A stretch of DNA of 64,000 nucleotides, taken from positions 1 through 64,000 of the IMG/VR virus record IMGVR_UViG_3300033121_000719; one strand, written 5' to 3'. The notes under the pieces were generated by a model that was not told where the DNA came from, made no database searches, and worked only from the letters and a program-made list of their open reading frames with translations. Both the position numbers and the translations under genes were made by a program. Positions 29,784 to 39,628 of the stretch are shown piece by piece; within the stretch, counting starts at the first letter, position 1, and the number at the start of each line of letters is the position of its first letter. The DNA is from a virus. Lineage: Duplodnaviria > Caudoviricetes.

Positions 29784-29815
29784 AATTAAGGACGGTCGCA
29801 AGACCGTCCTTAATT
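29784..29815 (+). terminator. Intrinsic terminator
   Basis: AATTAAGGACGGTC-GCAA-GACCGTCCTTAATT followed by Ts. Confidence 0.85.
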
Positions 29816-29845
29816 TTTACATTATTATAGAAAGTAGGGATAATT

Positions 29846-30292
29846 ATGACAGACGTAGAGCATGATGTTGTTGGCTGTGTGATGCAAGATAGAGTTCTGT
29901 CTATTACTGAATCTTTAGCAGAGCTAAATGATAGGATAGCGGCTGTGGATAAAAAAGCATCAATTTCTGAGCAAATTTTGCTTAGACAAGAAGAGAATCA
30001 AACTAAACTTGCTGAGGTTATGCAAAACTTAAGTTCAGTAATGCAGAAGTTTGAAATCACTATAGTAAAAATGCAAACATCAATTGATACAAATATTTCA
30101 AGAACTGAAAATGTTGAAAGAAAATTTGATTCTTTTGAAAGGAAATTTGAAGAATCCGAATCAAAAAGTAAATTTGACATCAGAGATATTTTGAAAAAAA
30201 ACTATATCTGGTTCTTTGGTGGTGGTGGTATCATTTTTGTTATAGTAAATTTTGACAAAATAAAAACATTCATATCTTTATTTACGAAGTAA
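29846..30292 (+). CDS. Coiled-coil protein with C-terminal TM segment (holin/XhlA-like)
   Basis: Heptad region then YIWFFGGGGIIFVIV. Confidence 0.55.
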   Translation: MTDVEHDVVGCVMQDRVLSITESLAELNDRIAAVDKKASISEQILLRQEENQTKLAEVMQNLSSVMQKFEITIVKMQTSIDTNISRTENVERKFDSFERKFEESESKSKFDIRDILKKNYIWFFGGGGIIFVIVNFDKIKTFISLFTK

Positions 30293-30294
30293 AC

Positions 30295-30819
30295 ATGGAA
30301 AAAATTAATTTAAAAACTAAAAAAGCAATAGATTTAGCTGTATTTGAATTTGATGGAAACACTATTATAGTCAATCCTTATATTACCCTTGGAATTAGAC
30401 AAATAATTGTTGAAAATTATATTCACAACTTATATGATGATGTAATAGATTTTTCTAAGAATTATTTTATAGCAAAAGTATCAATGCAGATGATGTTGAT
30501 TGATATGTGCACCAACATTGAAGTGGATTCAGATTCTTTTGATTATGTATTAAGTAGCGGACTGTGGGATGAAATCATAAAAAGAATTTCAAACTATAAT
30601 ACTGTTCTTGAGGATATTTATGAGGTTGCTAAAATATATCAAGAAAAGAAGGATTTAGAAAATGTAATGGCTGGACTTATTGGCGATTTGATGAAAACAT
30701 TTGATAGCAAAGAATATAAACAAGCCGTTGATAAAACGGTCAAGTTAGATGTTCTTAAAGATGAAAAACCAAAACAAAAGAGAACAAGAGCTAAGAAAAA
30801 TGTCCAGCAAGAGAAATAA
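30295..30819 (+). CDS. Hypothetical protein
   Basis: 174-aa ORF. Confidence 0.7.
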   Translation: MEKINLKTKKAIDLAVFEFDGNTIIVNPYITLGIRQIIVENYIHNLYDDVIDFSKNYFIAKVSMQMMLIDMCTNIEVDSDSFDYVLSSGLWDEIIKRISNYNTVLEDIYEVAKIYQEKKDLENVMAGLIGDLMKTFDSKEYKQAVDKTVKLDVLKDEKPKQKRTRAKKNVQQEK

Positions 30820-30991
30820 AAAATATGGAAAAATCTGTCCTGATTGTGGGGCTGAGGGATTGCACAACGTAATTTTCAAGAAAAATAAAAGTGGGATTTT
30901 ATTTGATGAAATCTATGAAAAATGTAACAATTGTGGCTATTCTGAGCGTATAAAAAAGAGAAAAAAGCAAGAACGGGACGATTTAGAATAA
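30800..30991 (+). CDS. Small Zn-ribbon protein
   Basis: CPDC...CNNC. Confidence 0.6.
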   Translation: MSSKRNKKYGKICPDCGAEGLHNVIFKKNKSGILFDEIYEKCNNCGYSERIKKRKKQERDDLE

Positions 30992-31007
30992 GAATTGGGG
31001 TAAAAAT

Positions 31008-31532
31008 ATGCCTATTTATATTAATTCTCCGCTTGAAGCTGAGATGTTTTTAATGCGTGATTTAAATAAAGTTATTGATGACCTTATGATGCAAATTAAG
31101 AAGGAAATTAGATCAAGCATCATGCAAGATGTTTATAGTATTTTCAAACCAGAAGTGTATCATAGGCATAATAAAAATGGAGAACAAGGGTTTCTTTCTT
31201 CTTTTGACAAAGCAAAAGAAATTCCATCAAGAAACATGATTGAAGGAATGATTTATCATGATCCAGAACTAATGTTTGAGTATCAATATTCTGATGACGA
31301 ACCAGAAAAATTTGAGCATGGTAGCCCAATTAGTGATCCAGAAGATATTAGAGACAGTTTATTTGAAATTATAACTAAAGGTAAAGCTGGAGATTTGTTT
31401 GGAAAAGGCCCTTGGCAAATGAGAAGAGACTTTACAAAGTCAGTGGACGTTAAAATGAGGGGTGAGGTTTTTGATACTTTGTTTGTTCGCTGTTGTAAAA
31501 AAATAGGACTAGAAGTTATTAAAATAGGATAA
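31008..31532 (+). CDS. Hypothetical (tail-completion-like) protein
   Basis: DVYS...P..Y.R pattern; synteny. Confidence 0.55.
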   Translation: MPIYINSPLEAEMFLMRDLNKVIDDLMMQIKKEIRSSIMQDVYSIFKPEVYHRHNKNGEQGFLSSFDKAKEIPSRNMIEGMIYHDPELMFEYQYSDDEPEKFEHGSPISDPEDIRDSLFEIITKGKAGDLFGKGPWQMRRDFTKSVDVKMRGEVFDTLFVRCCKKIGLEVIKIG

Positions 31533-31546
31533 AAGGAGTGATAAAA

Positions 31547-31738
31547 ATGGAAAAAGAGTGGTATAAGTCTAAAACGATTTGGTTTGGTATTCTTCAAACA
31601 CTGGCTGGTGGATTGACTTTACTTGCTGATGCTTTGAATAGCGGGACTTTAGGCAATCCTGCTGGCGTCACCTTGTTTGCTACTGGTATCATAACTTTGA
31701 TTATGAGATACTGGTTTACTGATACTGCAATCAAGTAA
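31547..31738 (+). CDS. Holin-like membrane protein
   Basis: WYKSKTIW start and two hydrophobic helices. Confidence 0.65.
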   Translation: MEKEWYKSKTIWFGILQTLAGGLTLLADALNSGTLGNPAGVTLFATGIITLIMRYWFTDTAIK

Positions 31739-31747
31739 AACAATTAT

Positions 31748-31778
31748 GAAAGTGTATAGGGTTACCCTATACACTTTC
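31748..31778 (+). terminator. Terminator hairpin
   Basis: GAAAGTGTATAGGG-TTA-CCCTATACACTTTC. Confidence 0.75.
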
Positions 31779-31790
31779 TATTTTTAAAAT

Positions 31791-32243
31791 ATGACAAATA
31801 AAACCAAATTTAATGTTGATAAAGGTAAGCAAGCCCGTACATTTGATGGAAAATGTTTTGATAGCATTTTGGAAATGAAATATTACAGAGATGTAGTTTG
31901 TCCAATGCTTGAATCTGGTGAAATAAAAAAATGTGATTTACAAGTTTCATTTGAACTTCAACCAAAATATAAACATGATGGTGAGAATATCCATGCCATT
32001 ACATACGTAGCGGATTTTGTAATAACATACCAAGACGGAACCGTTGAGGTAATAGATACTAAAGGCTTACCAGATAGCGTTTCAAAAATAAAAAAGAAAT
32101 TATTCCACTATAAATATCCAGGCGTAAAATATACGTGGATAAGTTACAGTAAACAGGATGGTGGATGGGTTGAATATAAAAAATTATCTTTAGCGAGAAG
32201 TAAGAGAAAAAGAGAAAAGAAAAAGGTTGATAAAAATGGCTGA
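31791..32243 (+). CDS. DUF1064-like PD-(D/E)XK nuclease
   Basis: FDS..E..YY, LQ..FELQP, YVADF, VIDTKG. Confidence 0.85.
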   Translation: MTNKTKFNVDKGKQARTFDGKCFDSILEMKYYRDVVCPMLESGEIKKCDLQVSFELQPKYKHDGENIHAITYVADFVITYQDGTVEVIDTKGLPDSVSKIKKKLFHYKYPGVKYTWISYSKQDGGWVEYKKLSLARSKRKREKKKVDKNG

Positions 32244-33240
32244 TAAACACGTTTACAACAGAATATACACCAAAGAAGAATTTGATTTAGTCAATAAAAA
32301 GAATATAGATATTATAGATGATTTTCTTGAGGAATATACTCAGAGAAAAATAAAAAAAACAACACTATATCAATATTATAATGATTTAAGAATAGTTGCT
32401 CTTTTTGTTAGAAGATTTTGTGATAACAGATCGTTTTTAGAACTCAATAAAAGAGATTTTCGCAAAATGAGCATTTGGCTGAACGATGAGTGCAAAATGT
32501 CGTCAGCAAGAACAAACAGAGTTATGTCAGCTTGTAGATCAATGTTGACATACATTGAAGATAATGATGACTATGAATATAATAATAACATAGCCAAAAA
32601 GGTTAGGGGGCTGCCAAAAGAAGCAGTAAAGACAAATGAAGATGATTTCTTTATGTCTTTTGAACAGATAATGAAGGTCAGAGAAGAACTTTTAAAAAGA
32701 GATGAGATTCAATTATGTCTCTTACATATGATATTCTTTGATAGTGGCGCAAGAAGAAACGAAGTTTTTCAAATTCAGAAATATAACCTTCTTGATAGCA
32801 ATAAAACTAATTTAGTTATTGGTAAAAGAGGTAAAACTTTTCCATTAGTTTATATGGATGATACAAAAGAACTTATAAAATTGTGGCTTGAAAAAAGAGG
32901 TGAGGACGATATAGATTCTTTGTGGGTAACTTATAATGGTTCTGTAAAAAAGAAGGCATCATATAATAATTTATATGAGTGGACTTTAAAAATACGAAAT
33001 ATTTTAAGTGAAATTGAAGGAAAAGAAATACGGATATTTCCACATAGTTATCGTCATAGTCGTTGTGAATCTCTTTTGCAAGGGACTGATACAAGAATTA
33101 TTGATAAAGAAACTGATCTTCCAAAAAAATTTCCTTTAGAACAGGTTCAAATATTTTTGCATCATGAAAATCCATCAACCACACAGGGATATGCAAAAGA
33201 TCATAGTGAAGATTTAATTAATGAAATGTTTAATATATAA
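32236..33240 (+). CDS. Tyrosine recombinase (YomM-like, within the tail module)
   Basis: SGARRNE, GKRGK, HSYRH, LHHE, TTQGY. Confidence 0.9.
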   Translation: MADKHVYNRIYTKEEFDLVNKKNIDIIDDFLEEYTQRKIKKTTLYQYYNDLRIVALFVRRFCDNRSFLELNKRDFRKMSIWLNDECKMSSARTNRVMSACRSMLTYIEDNDDYEYNNNIAKKVRGLPKEAVKTNEDDFFMSFEQIMKVREELLKRDEIQLCLLHMIFFDSGARRNEVFQIQKYNLLDSNKTNLVIGKRGKTFPLVYMDDTKELIKLWLEKRGEDDIDSLWVTYNGSVKKKASYNNLYEWTLKIRNILSEIEGKEIRIFPHSYRHSRCESLLQGTDTRIIDKETDLPKKFPLEQVQIFLHHENPSTTQGYAKDHSEDLINEMFNI

Positions 33241-33271
33241 TGATAGAGAGATTCATTCTCTCTAAAGGAGG

Positions 33272-36200
33272 ATGAATATGGCTGTTGATATGTCAAGGCG
33301 TTATCACGTCAAGGTTCTTTTAGAAGGTGATGTAAAAGAATTAGAAGAAAGTTTAAAAAATAGACCACCCATAAAATATAAAGCTACACTTGGGGCTGAT
33401 ATAGATACAGATGCCGCTGACTACAAAATACAAATGTGGACTAATAGATTGACCAAAATGACTTCTGGCAAACTGTTGAATATTGGTCAATTTGATTTGA
33501 TGGATAGAAATAGGATAACGCAACAAGTAAATGAATTACAAAATTTAATTGGTGGGTTTGGAGTTAAGGGTGGCCCATCCGTAAAGGCAGTTGAACTTGC
33601 TTTTAGCAACTTAAGTGCGGCAATATCTGTTACTGATAAAAATATGAAGGCACATAAAAAGTCAAGTGATGATCTAACTAAATCACAAAAACAACAAGAA
33701 GCCGCCACGCAAACCTTAAATCATCAGGTTAATACCTATGAAGACCAAATAAAAAGAATGTCCGCAAGACAGCCAGCAATTTTCAATACTGAAGAAGTAA
33801 AAAAAGCTGTTGAAGAGTTTAGGCAACTTGCCACTGTGGCAAAAGCAACTGGAAACTATGAAAACTTAAAGAAAAATTTAGATAATTTATCAGAATCTTT
33901 TAATCACATAAAAACTAAGGCAACTGAAGCTGGCGGAGCTGTTTCTAAGCAAAACATGACTTGGGCTAACTTTGGCGAAATGATAAAAATAGCAATTAAA
34001 AAACTATCAGCGTGGGCTATTGCGACTGAAATTCTTTTTGAGGTAAACAAACAGTTTAAACAAACAGTAAAGTATGTGACTGATTTAAATACTGAAATGA
34101 CAAAGATTTTAATGGTTACTGATTTGACAAAAAATCAAGCAAAAGAATTAGTTGAGAGCTACAAAGAGTTAGGTCGTGAGCTTGGTGTTACTACATTAGA
34201 GGTGGCTAAAGGCGCAATTGAATGGCAAAGGCAGGGCAAAAGCATAAGCGAAACAAAAGAACTTTTGAGAGACAGTGTTATGCTTGCTTCAATTGCAAAT
34301 ATGGATCAAGCAAAATCAACTGAATATCTTACCTCAATTATCAATGGTTATCAGTTGAGTTTGGATGAAGTAAAACCTGTTTTAGACGGGTTGATTGCAC
34401 TTGACAATAATTATGCAACCAGCGTTGAGGAAATTGCTCAGGCTATGCAGAGAGTTTCAAATATTGCAAATCAAGCTGGAGTTCCTTTAAAAAACTTAGC
34501 GGCTCAAATTACAGTTATATCTTCTGTTACAAGAAAATCAGCAGAATCTATTGGTGAATCATTAAAAACCATTTACTCAAGAATGCAAAATGTGAAACTT
34601 GGGAAATCTCTTGATGAAGAAGGTCAACGAATTAGTGATGTTGAAACTGTTCTCAGTAGACTTGGTGTAAAACTAAGAGATGATGTTACTGGTGAATTTA
34701 GAAACATGAATGATGTAATGGAAGAAACCAGAAAAATCTATAAGAAACTTATGGATGAAGGACAGACCACAAGAGCAAACCAATTAGTTACGGTTTTTGC
34801 TGGTATCAGACAGGCTGAAAACTTAAAAGCATTTTGGGGTAATCCTGATATTTATGAAGAAGCTCTTAATGTTTATGATGAAAACCTTGGAATTATGGAA
34901 GAAAAATACAAGGCCAAAGCTGAAAGTATTGAAGCATATAATAATAGAATAAGTGCTGGCTGGGAAAATACTAAGGCCGCATTTTTTCCAGAAGAAAGCT
35001 ATCTTCGTTTATTGAAATTTACTGATGGATTGCTTGCATTTACTCAGGCTTGGGGAAAACTTAATACAGAAATAGATAACAGTAATATTTTATTGCGCTT
35101 ATTTTCAAATATAGGCGGCCCTATATTAAGAGGCATAGGAACTGGAGCTGTAACTGCATTTCAACAAACACCAACTGATGAAATGACTCAGTATGCAAAC
35201 AGTGAAATAGGTAAAAGAAAAGAAAGAATTGAGAGAATTAAGCGCGGAGAAGAAGACTTGCTTGGCGCAACATCTCAACAATATAGAGATGAACAAATAG
35301 CTCAGCTAGAAGCTGAAATTGAAGAAATAAAAAAGACCATTCCAACAGAATATCAATATAAAGATTATGAAGATACTAGAGAAATGGAACGCCTTAAGGC
35401 CGCAAGCGGAATTGGTGATTCTTCAAAATCAAAACCTGTTATGCCAGATGAATGGTTTGACTTAGTTTCTAAAATGGAAGCTTTGACTGAAGTTGATAAT
35501 AAACTGTTAAAATTAAAAGCAGATTATGAAGAAACTGGAAAAATGACTTTTGACCAGCTTACTCAGTTGCAAGATGTTCTTCCAGATTCATATCTTCAAT
35601 TTGTAAAAGCTGAAGGCGACCAACTTATTTTGAATACTGATGCATTAAAAGAATATATGATAACTAAAGCTCATAATACGGTTGTAACAGCGGACGATAA
35701 CAATGCCTCAGAAGAACAATTAAACATTTTGATAGCCTACGAAAACCAACTTAGATCAGGAGTTATAGGTGCTGTAGAAGAAGCCGCTAAACAACAAAAG
35801 GCATACGACCATATCCTTCAACTTACGATCAATATGCTTAAGCAGTCAAAAGAAGATGAAAAGAAGGCACTTCAAGAAGAACTCAATAGATATAAAAAGA
35901 TTATTGATAATAAAAAGAAATTGCTTGATCTCCAATTAAAAGAACTTCAATATCAAAATAAGATTGAAGATAAGAATAAATCAATTTCAAAAATACAAAA
36001 TGAGTTGCTTGAATTACAAGTTGATAATAGCGAAGAAGCGGTCGCAAAAAGACTTGAACTTGAAGAAGAACTTGAAAAGCAAAATGAAGAATTGTCAGAG
36101 ATGCAAAATGAGCATAGCATTGAGATGCAGAAAGAAGCTCTTGACGAAGAATTAAGAAACTTTAGTCAAGCAATTGATGATAAAATAAGTGAAATTGATA

Positions 36201-36844
36201 ATTATCTCAACCATGAGGGTGAAATTACTCAACAAGCTATAGCTATGATTGGCAATATGTCTTATAATTTATACCAACAGTTGATAGACTATAATTATAA
36301 ATACGGTGATGGTAAGAAAGAAACAATTGATCTTGAGTGGAAGCAAGTTAGAGCTTTACAGGCAGTAAAAAACGCCGCTTATGAAGCTGCCGCCGCAATT
36401 AGTTCAGTTGATATGTGGAGTTATGAAAACGCACCTTGGGATTGGACTGGTAAACCAGAGACTGATCCATACAGTTATGAAAACGCACCTTGGGATTGGA
36501 CTGGTGAACCAATTGGATACCATCATGATGGAATAAAATCTGGAAAAGTTGGTAGAACACCAAATTTAAGACAAGATGAAGTATTAGAGATTCTTACTAG
36601 AGATGAAACTGTTTTGAAACCATCAGATATTAATAACTTGGTAAGTAAAATTCCAAGTTTAGCTGGCGGTAGAATTGGTTCTGGTGTTTCTTTTGATAAC
36701 TTAATAAATCTAACAATTCATGGAAATGTAACTGATAAAAATATTGCTGATATAAAAACAATAGTGAATGAAGCTGTTGCTAAACTGAATAAATCTCTTA
36801 CTGATAGGGGATATTCACCAAACGCTACTGTTTATTCAATTTAA
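33272..36844 (+). CDS. Tail tape measure protein
   Basis: TP901-type TMP core (WQRQG, IGESLKTIYSR, FAGIRQ), long coiled coils, C-terminal YHHDG/DE.L motif. Confidence 0.9.
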   Translation: MNMAVDMSRRYHVKVLLEGDVKELEESLKNRPPIKYKATLGADIDTDAADYKIQMWTNRLTKMTSGKLLNIGQFDLMDRNRITQQVNELQNLIGGFGVKGGPSVKAVELAFSNLSAAISVTDKNMKAHKKSSDDLTKSQKQQEAATQTLNHQVNTYEDQIKRMSARQPAIFNTEEVKKAVEEFRQLATVAKATGNYENLKKNLDNLSESFNHIKTKATEAGGAVSKQNMTWANFGEMIKIAIKKLSAWAIATEILFEVNKQFKQTVKYVTDLNTEMTKILMVTDLTKNQAKELVESYKELGRELGVTTLEVAKGAIEWQRQGKSISETKELLRDSVMLASIANMDQAKSTEYLTSIINGYQLSLDEVKPVLDGLIALDNNYATSVEEIAQAMQRVSNIANQAGVPLKNLAAQITVISSVTRKSAESIGESLKTIYSRMQNVKLGKSLDEEGQRISDVETVLSRLGVKLRDDVTGEFRNMNDVMEETRKIYKKLMDEGQTTRANQLVTVFAGIRQAENLKAFWGNPDIYEEALNVYDENLGIMEEKYKAKAESIEAYNNRISAGWENTKAAFFPEESYLRLLKFTDGLLAFTQAWGKLNTEIDNSNILLRLFSNIGGPILRGIGTGAVTAFQQTPTDEMTQYANSEIGKRKERIERIKRGEEDLLGATSQQYRDEQIAQLEAEIEEIKKTIPTEYQYKDYEDTREMERLKAASGIGDSSKSKPVMPDEWFDLVSKMEALTEVDNKLLKLKADYEETGKMTFDQLTQLQDVLPDSYLQFVKAEGDQLILNTDALKEYMITKAHNTVVTADDNNASEEQLNILIAYENQLRSGVIGAVEEAAKQQKAYDHILQLTINMLKQSKEDEKKALQEELNRYKKIIDNKKKLLDLQLKELQYQNKIEDKNKSISKIQNELLELQVDNSEEAVAKRLELEEELEKQNEELSEMQNEHSIEMQKEALDEELRNFSQAIDDKISEIDNYLNHEGEITQQAIAMIGNMSYNLYQQLIDYNYKYGDGKKETIDLEWKQVRALQAVKNAAYEAAAAISSVDMWSYENAPWDWTGKPETDPYSYENAPWDWTGEPIGYHHDGIKSGKVGRTPNLRQDEVLEILTRDETVLKPSDINNLVSKIPSLAGGRIGSGVSFDNLINLTIHGNVTDKNIADIKTIVNEAVAKLNKSLTDRGYSPNATVYSI
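36419..36505 (+). repeat. Perfect 33-bp direct repeat (SYENAPWDWTG x2, 54-nt period) inside TMP
   Basis: AGTTATGAAAACGCACCTTGGGATTGGACTGGT at 36419 and 36473. Confidence 0.9.
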
Positions 36845-36853
36845 CGTTAATGA

Positions 36854-36885
36854 TCCTTAGTAGGACTCTAAAGTCCTACTAAGGA
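36854..36885 (+). terminator. Hairpin after TMP
   Basis: TCCTTAGTAGGACT-CTAA-AGTCCTACTAAGGA. Confidence 0.6.
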
Positions 36886-36908
36886 ATTCATAGAAAGGAG
36901 ATGTAAAT

Positions 36909-37709
36909 TTGGCCGCTAATTTTAAAGGATTAGAGTTTATTTTTGACAACAAAAGTTCAGACTTTTATGGATTGAAGTTATATAATTCAGATACTGGAAG
37001 TTCTGAAGGTGATGCTGGTTCAAAAGTTGAAATTCTTGAAAAAACAATTTTGAGAAAACCAAAAACAATTCTTTTTGGTACGAGTCAAAATACTCAACTT
37101 GAGTTTGACCTAATTATAGGAAGCACATCAGAAGTTGATGCTCAAACTAGAAGTGCGATTTCAAGATGGTTACTTGGTAGAAGTTCATACCTTCCACTAA
37201 GCATTGTCCAAGAGGATATGTTGTCAACAATTTATTATGTCATTTTTACAGAAATGAAACCAGTATTTTATGGGAATTTAAATTATGCTTTTGTTGCTCA
37301 TGCCAAATGTAATGCTCCTTGGGCTTATATGAGTCCAAAAACAAGCACATATAACTATAGTGGAAGTAGCATAGTTTCAACAACTATAAATTACAATAAT
37401 CTTTCAGATAATAATGATTACACTGATACAATAGTTTCTTTTACAATGAATGGTATTGGAAACTATTTTACAATTACGAATGTAACTGATAATAATAGAG
37501 TTTTTTCATTTACTAATATTTTACCATACGAGACAATAACTGTAAACGGGAATACTCTTGAGGTATATTCTTCAACTGGATTAAAAAGAGTCGATTCTTT
37601 CAATAAAGGTTTTGTCAGATTTGTGCCTGGAATAAATGTCTTGCAAATACAAGGTGGAATTAATCAATTAAGTTTTACCACTGAATTTGCAGTAAAAGCT
37701 GGAGGTTAA
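36909..37709 (+). CDS. Distal tail protein (Dit)
   Basis: FIFDNKSSDFYG, CNAPWAY, FVPGIN; position after TMP. Confidence 0.8.
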   Translation: MAANFKGLEFIFDNKSSDFYGLKLYNSDTGSSEGDAGSKVEILEKTILRKPKTILFGTSQNTQLEFDLIIGSTSEVDAQTRSAISRWLLGRSSYLPLSIVQEDMLSTIYYVIFTEMKPVFYGNLNYAFVAHAKCNAPWAYMSPKTSTYNYSGSSIVSTTINYNNLSDNNDYTDTIVSFTMNGIGNYFTITNVTDNNRVFSFTNILPYETITVNGNTLEVYSSTGLKRVDSFNKGFVRFVPGINVLQIQGGINQLSFTTEFAVKAGG

Positions 37710-37711
37710 CG

Positions 37712-39628
37712 ATGAATCAAGGTTTTGATTATTTTAATAGATACCAGATTCCAACCTTTACTCTTTGCAATCCTGATAAAACTCAATTATATATTTTGGG
37801 TGATATTTATGATAGAAAGCTAACTTTAAAATACAACGCAATATCAGAATTGTCGTTTACTGCAAAATCTGGTACTGCATATTATGATCTTTTGAATTAT
37901 AGAAGATTAATACATATTGAAGAATTTGGATACTTTATGATTACTGGAATTGAAAATGAATCTGATGGTATCCAAGACATCAAGAAAATAACAGCCCAAT
38001 CAATAGATGTTGAATTATATTACAGAAAATTGTCAAACTTTAAGGGAACTTATAAGTTTTATGACTATTTTAATCCATCTACAACTTTGATTGGGACATT
38101 ACTTGCATATTTACCAAATTGGAGTGTTGGAGTTATTGATGGTTCTCTTATACCATTGTATAGAACTTTTAATGAAACTGATACAACTATCTATGCTTTT
38201 CTAATCAACAAAGTTGAACAAGCGTATAAATGTGTTTTTGTTTTTGATTATGAAAACTATACAATTTCAGCGTATTCTCCAAGTACCGCTACGAAAAATA
38301 CTGATATTATATTGTCTCATAAGAACTTGATTGAAGATATAAAAATCAAAACATCAACAGATCAGTTGGTTACAGCGTTAAATGTGTTTGGAAAAGGCGA
38401 TCTTGATATTAGAACAGTCAATCCTCTTGGCACTGCAACTTTATATGATTTTACTTTTTATAAAAATGCTGAGTGGATGAGTGGTTCATTAATTAGTAAA
38501 ATAACCGCATGGGAACAACTGGTTGACACTTATCAACCAACATATGCAACAAAACTTACTGAATTAAAAAACTTATATGAAGAATTGACAATATTAAACT
38601 CTGAATATGCTGATTTAAAAGCTGACTATAACTCTCTTGATGGCGTAAGAAAAGCTAGAATAGAACAGGGAAATTCAGACCTGTCTGGAATTACAGCCCA
38701 ATGTGAAGCCAAACAAGCAGAGATGGATTCAAAACAAGGACAGATAGATAATAAAAACACACAAATAACAGCCAAAAAAGCTGAACTTGTAGCGATAAAT
38801 GACCTACTTAAATTTGAAAATAATTTTACCGCTTCTGAATTGATTGAATTAAACAACTTTATTATAGTTTCTACATATCAAAACGAAAATTTTGTGCAGA
38901 CTGACACTATGACAAATGCTGAAATACAAGATATGGCTCAACAATTATATGACCAAGCCGCTGATGTTTTGAGTAGAATGGCTCAAGCTAGATATACATT
39001 TGAACTAAATGCGGTAAATTTTATTTTTGCCATAGAGTATGCAAGATCAACGATACAACTTGAACTTGGAAGTGTAATAAATCTTGAAGTTAGTGATGAT
39101 GTTTGGGCTTATCCAATCCTTCTTGAAATATCATTGAACTATGAAGACCCAAATGATTTTGAATTAACATTTGGAAATAGATTGAGACTAGATAATGGCC
39201 CAATGACGTTTGCTGATTTGCTTGGTTCAACAGTAAATAATAACCTTAAACTAGCTACTAATGATGTAAAATGGAATAGCTTTGATGATAACTATAAAGA
39301 TGGAGTTTCAGCATTATTGACTGAGGCTTTTGATGCTTCAAAAAATGCTATTATTTCAGCGACTAACCAAGAAATTAGAATAAATCAGAATGGTTTATTG
39401 GGAAGAAAATATATTGGCGTAGTTGCTGGAAGTCCAATTTACGATCCTGAACAATTGTGGATGATTAATAATCAAATTGTTTTCACAGACGATGCTTTCA
39501 ATAGTGTGAAATCAGCTATTGGTAAAATATCAACTTCAAGTGGATCGTTCTACGGCGTAATAGGTGAAAAAATTTATGGGAAAAATATAGTGAATTGGAA
39601 CTGTTATGATAATAACGAAATTTGTTGA
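37712..39628 (+). CDS. Tail hub/Tal-type (prophage endopeptidase-like) protein, N-terminal part of an apparently split gene
   Basis: TLCNP, IRTVNPLG, coiled coil, LTFGN; ends shortly after YGVIGEKIYGK. Confidence 0.8.
   Translation: MNQGFDYFNRYQIPTFTLCNPDKTQLYILGDIYDRKLTLKYNAISELSFTAKSGTAYYDLLNYRRLIHIEEFGYFMITGIENESDGIQDIKKITAQSIDVELYYRKLSNFKGTYKFYDYFNPSTTLIGTLLAYLPNWSVGVIDGSLIPLYRTFNETDTTIYAFLINKVEQAYKCVFVFDYENYTISAYSPSTATKNTDIILSHKNLIEDIKIKTSTDQLVTALNVFGKGDLDIRTVNPLGTATLYDFTFYKNAEWMSGSLISKITAWEQLVDTYQPTYATKLTELKNLYEELTILNSEYADLKADYNSLDGVRKARIEQGNSDLSGITAQCEAKQAEMDSKQGQIDNKNTQITAKKAELVAINDLLKFENNFTASELIELNNFIIVSTYQNENFVQTDTMTNAEIQDMAQQLYDQAADVLSRMAQARYTFELNAVNFIFAIEYARSTIQLELGSVINLEVSDDVWAYPILLEISLNYEDPNDFELTFGNRLRLDNGPMTFADLLGSTVNNNLKLATNDVKWNSFDDNYKDGVSALLTEAFDASKNAIISATNQEIRINQNGLLGRKYIGVVAGSPIYDPEQLWMINNQIVFTDDAFNSVKSAIGKISTSSGSFYGVIGEKIYGKNIVNWNCYDNNEIC

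Noticed and set aside
29846-33240. Programmed -1 frameshift tail-chaperone pair before the TMP
   Set aside because: No convincing slippery site with an overlapping extension could be assigned by eye.
36419-36505. Mini-CRISPR or DGR template/variable repeat
   Set aside because: Only two copies, in frame inside the TMP, with no adenine-specific differences and no reverse transcriptase in the window.
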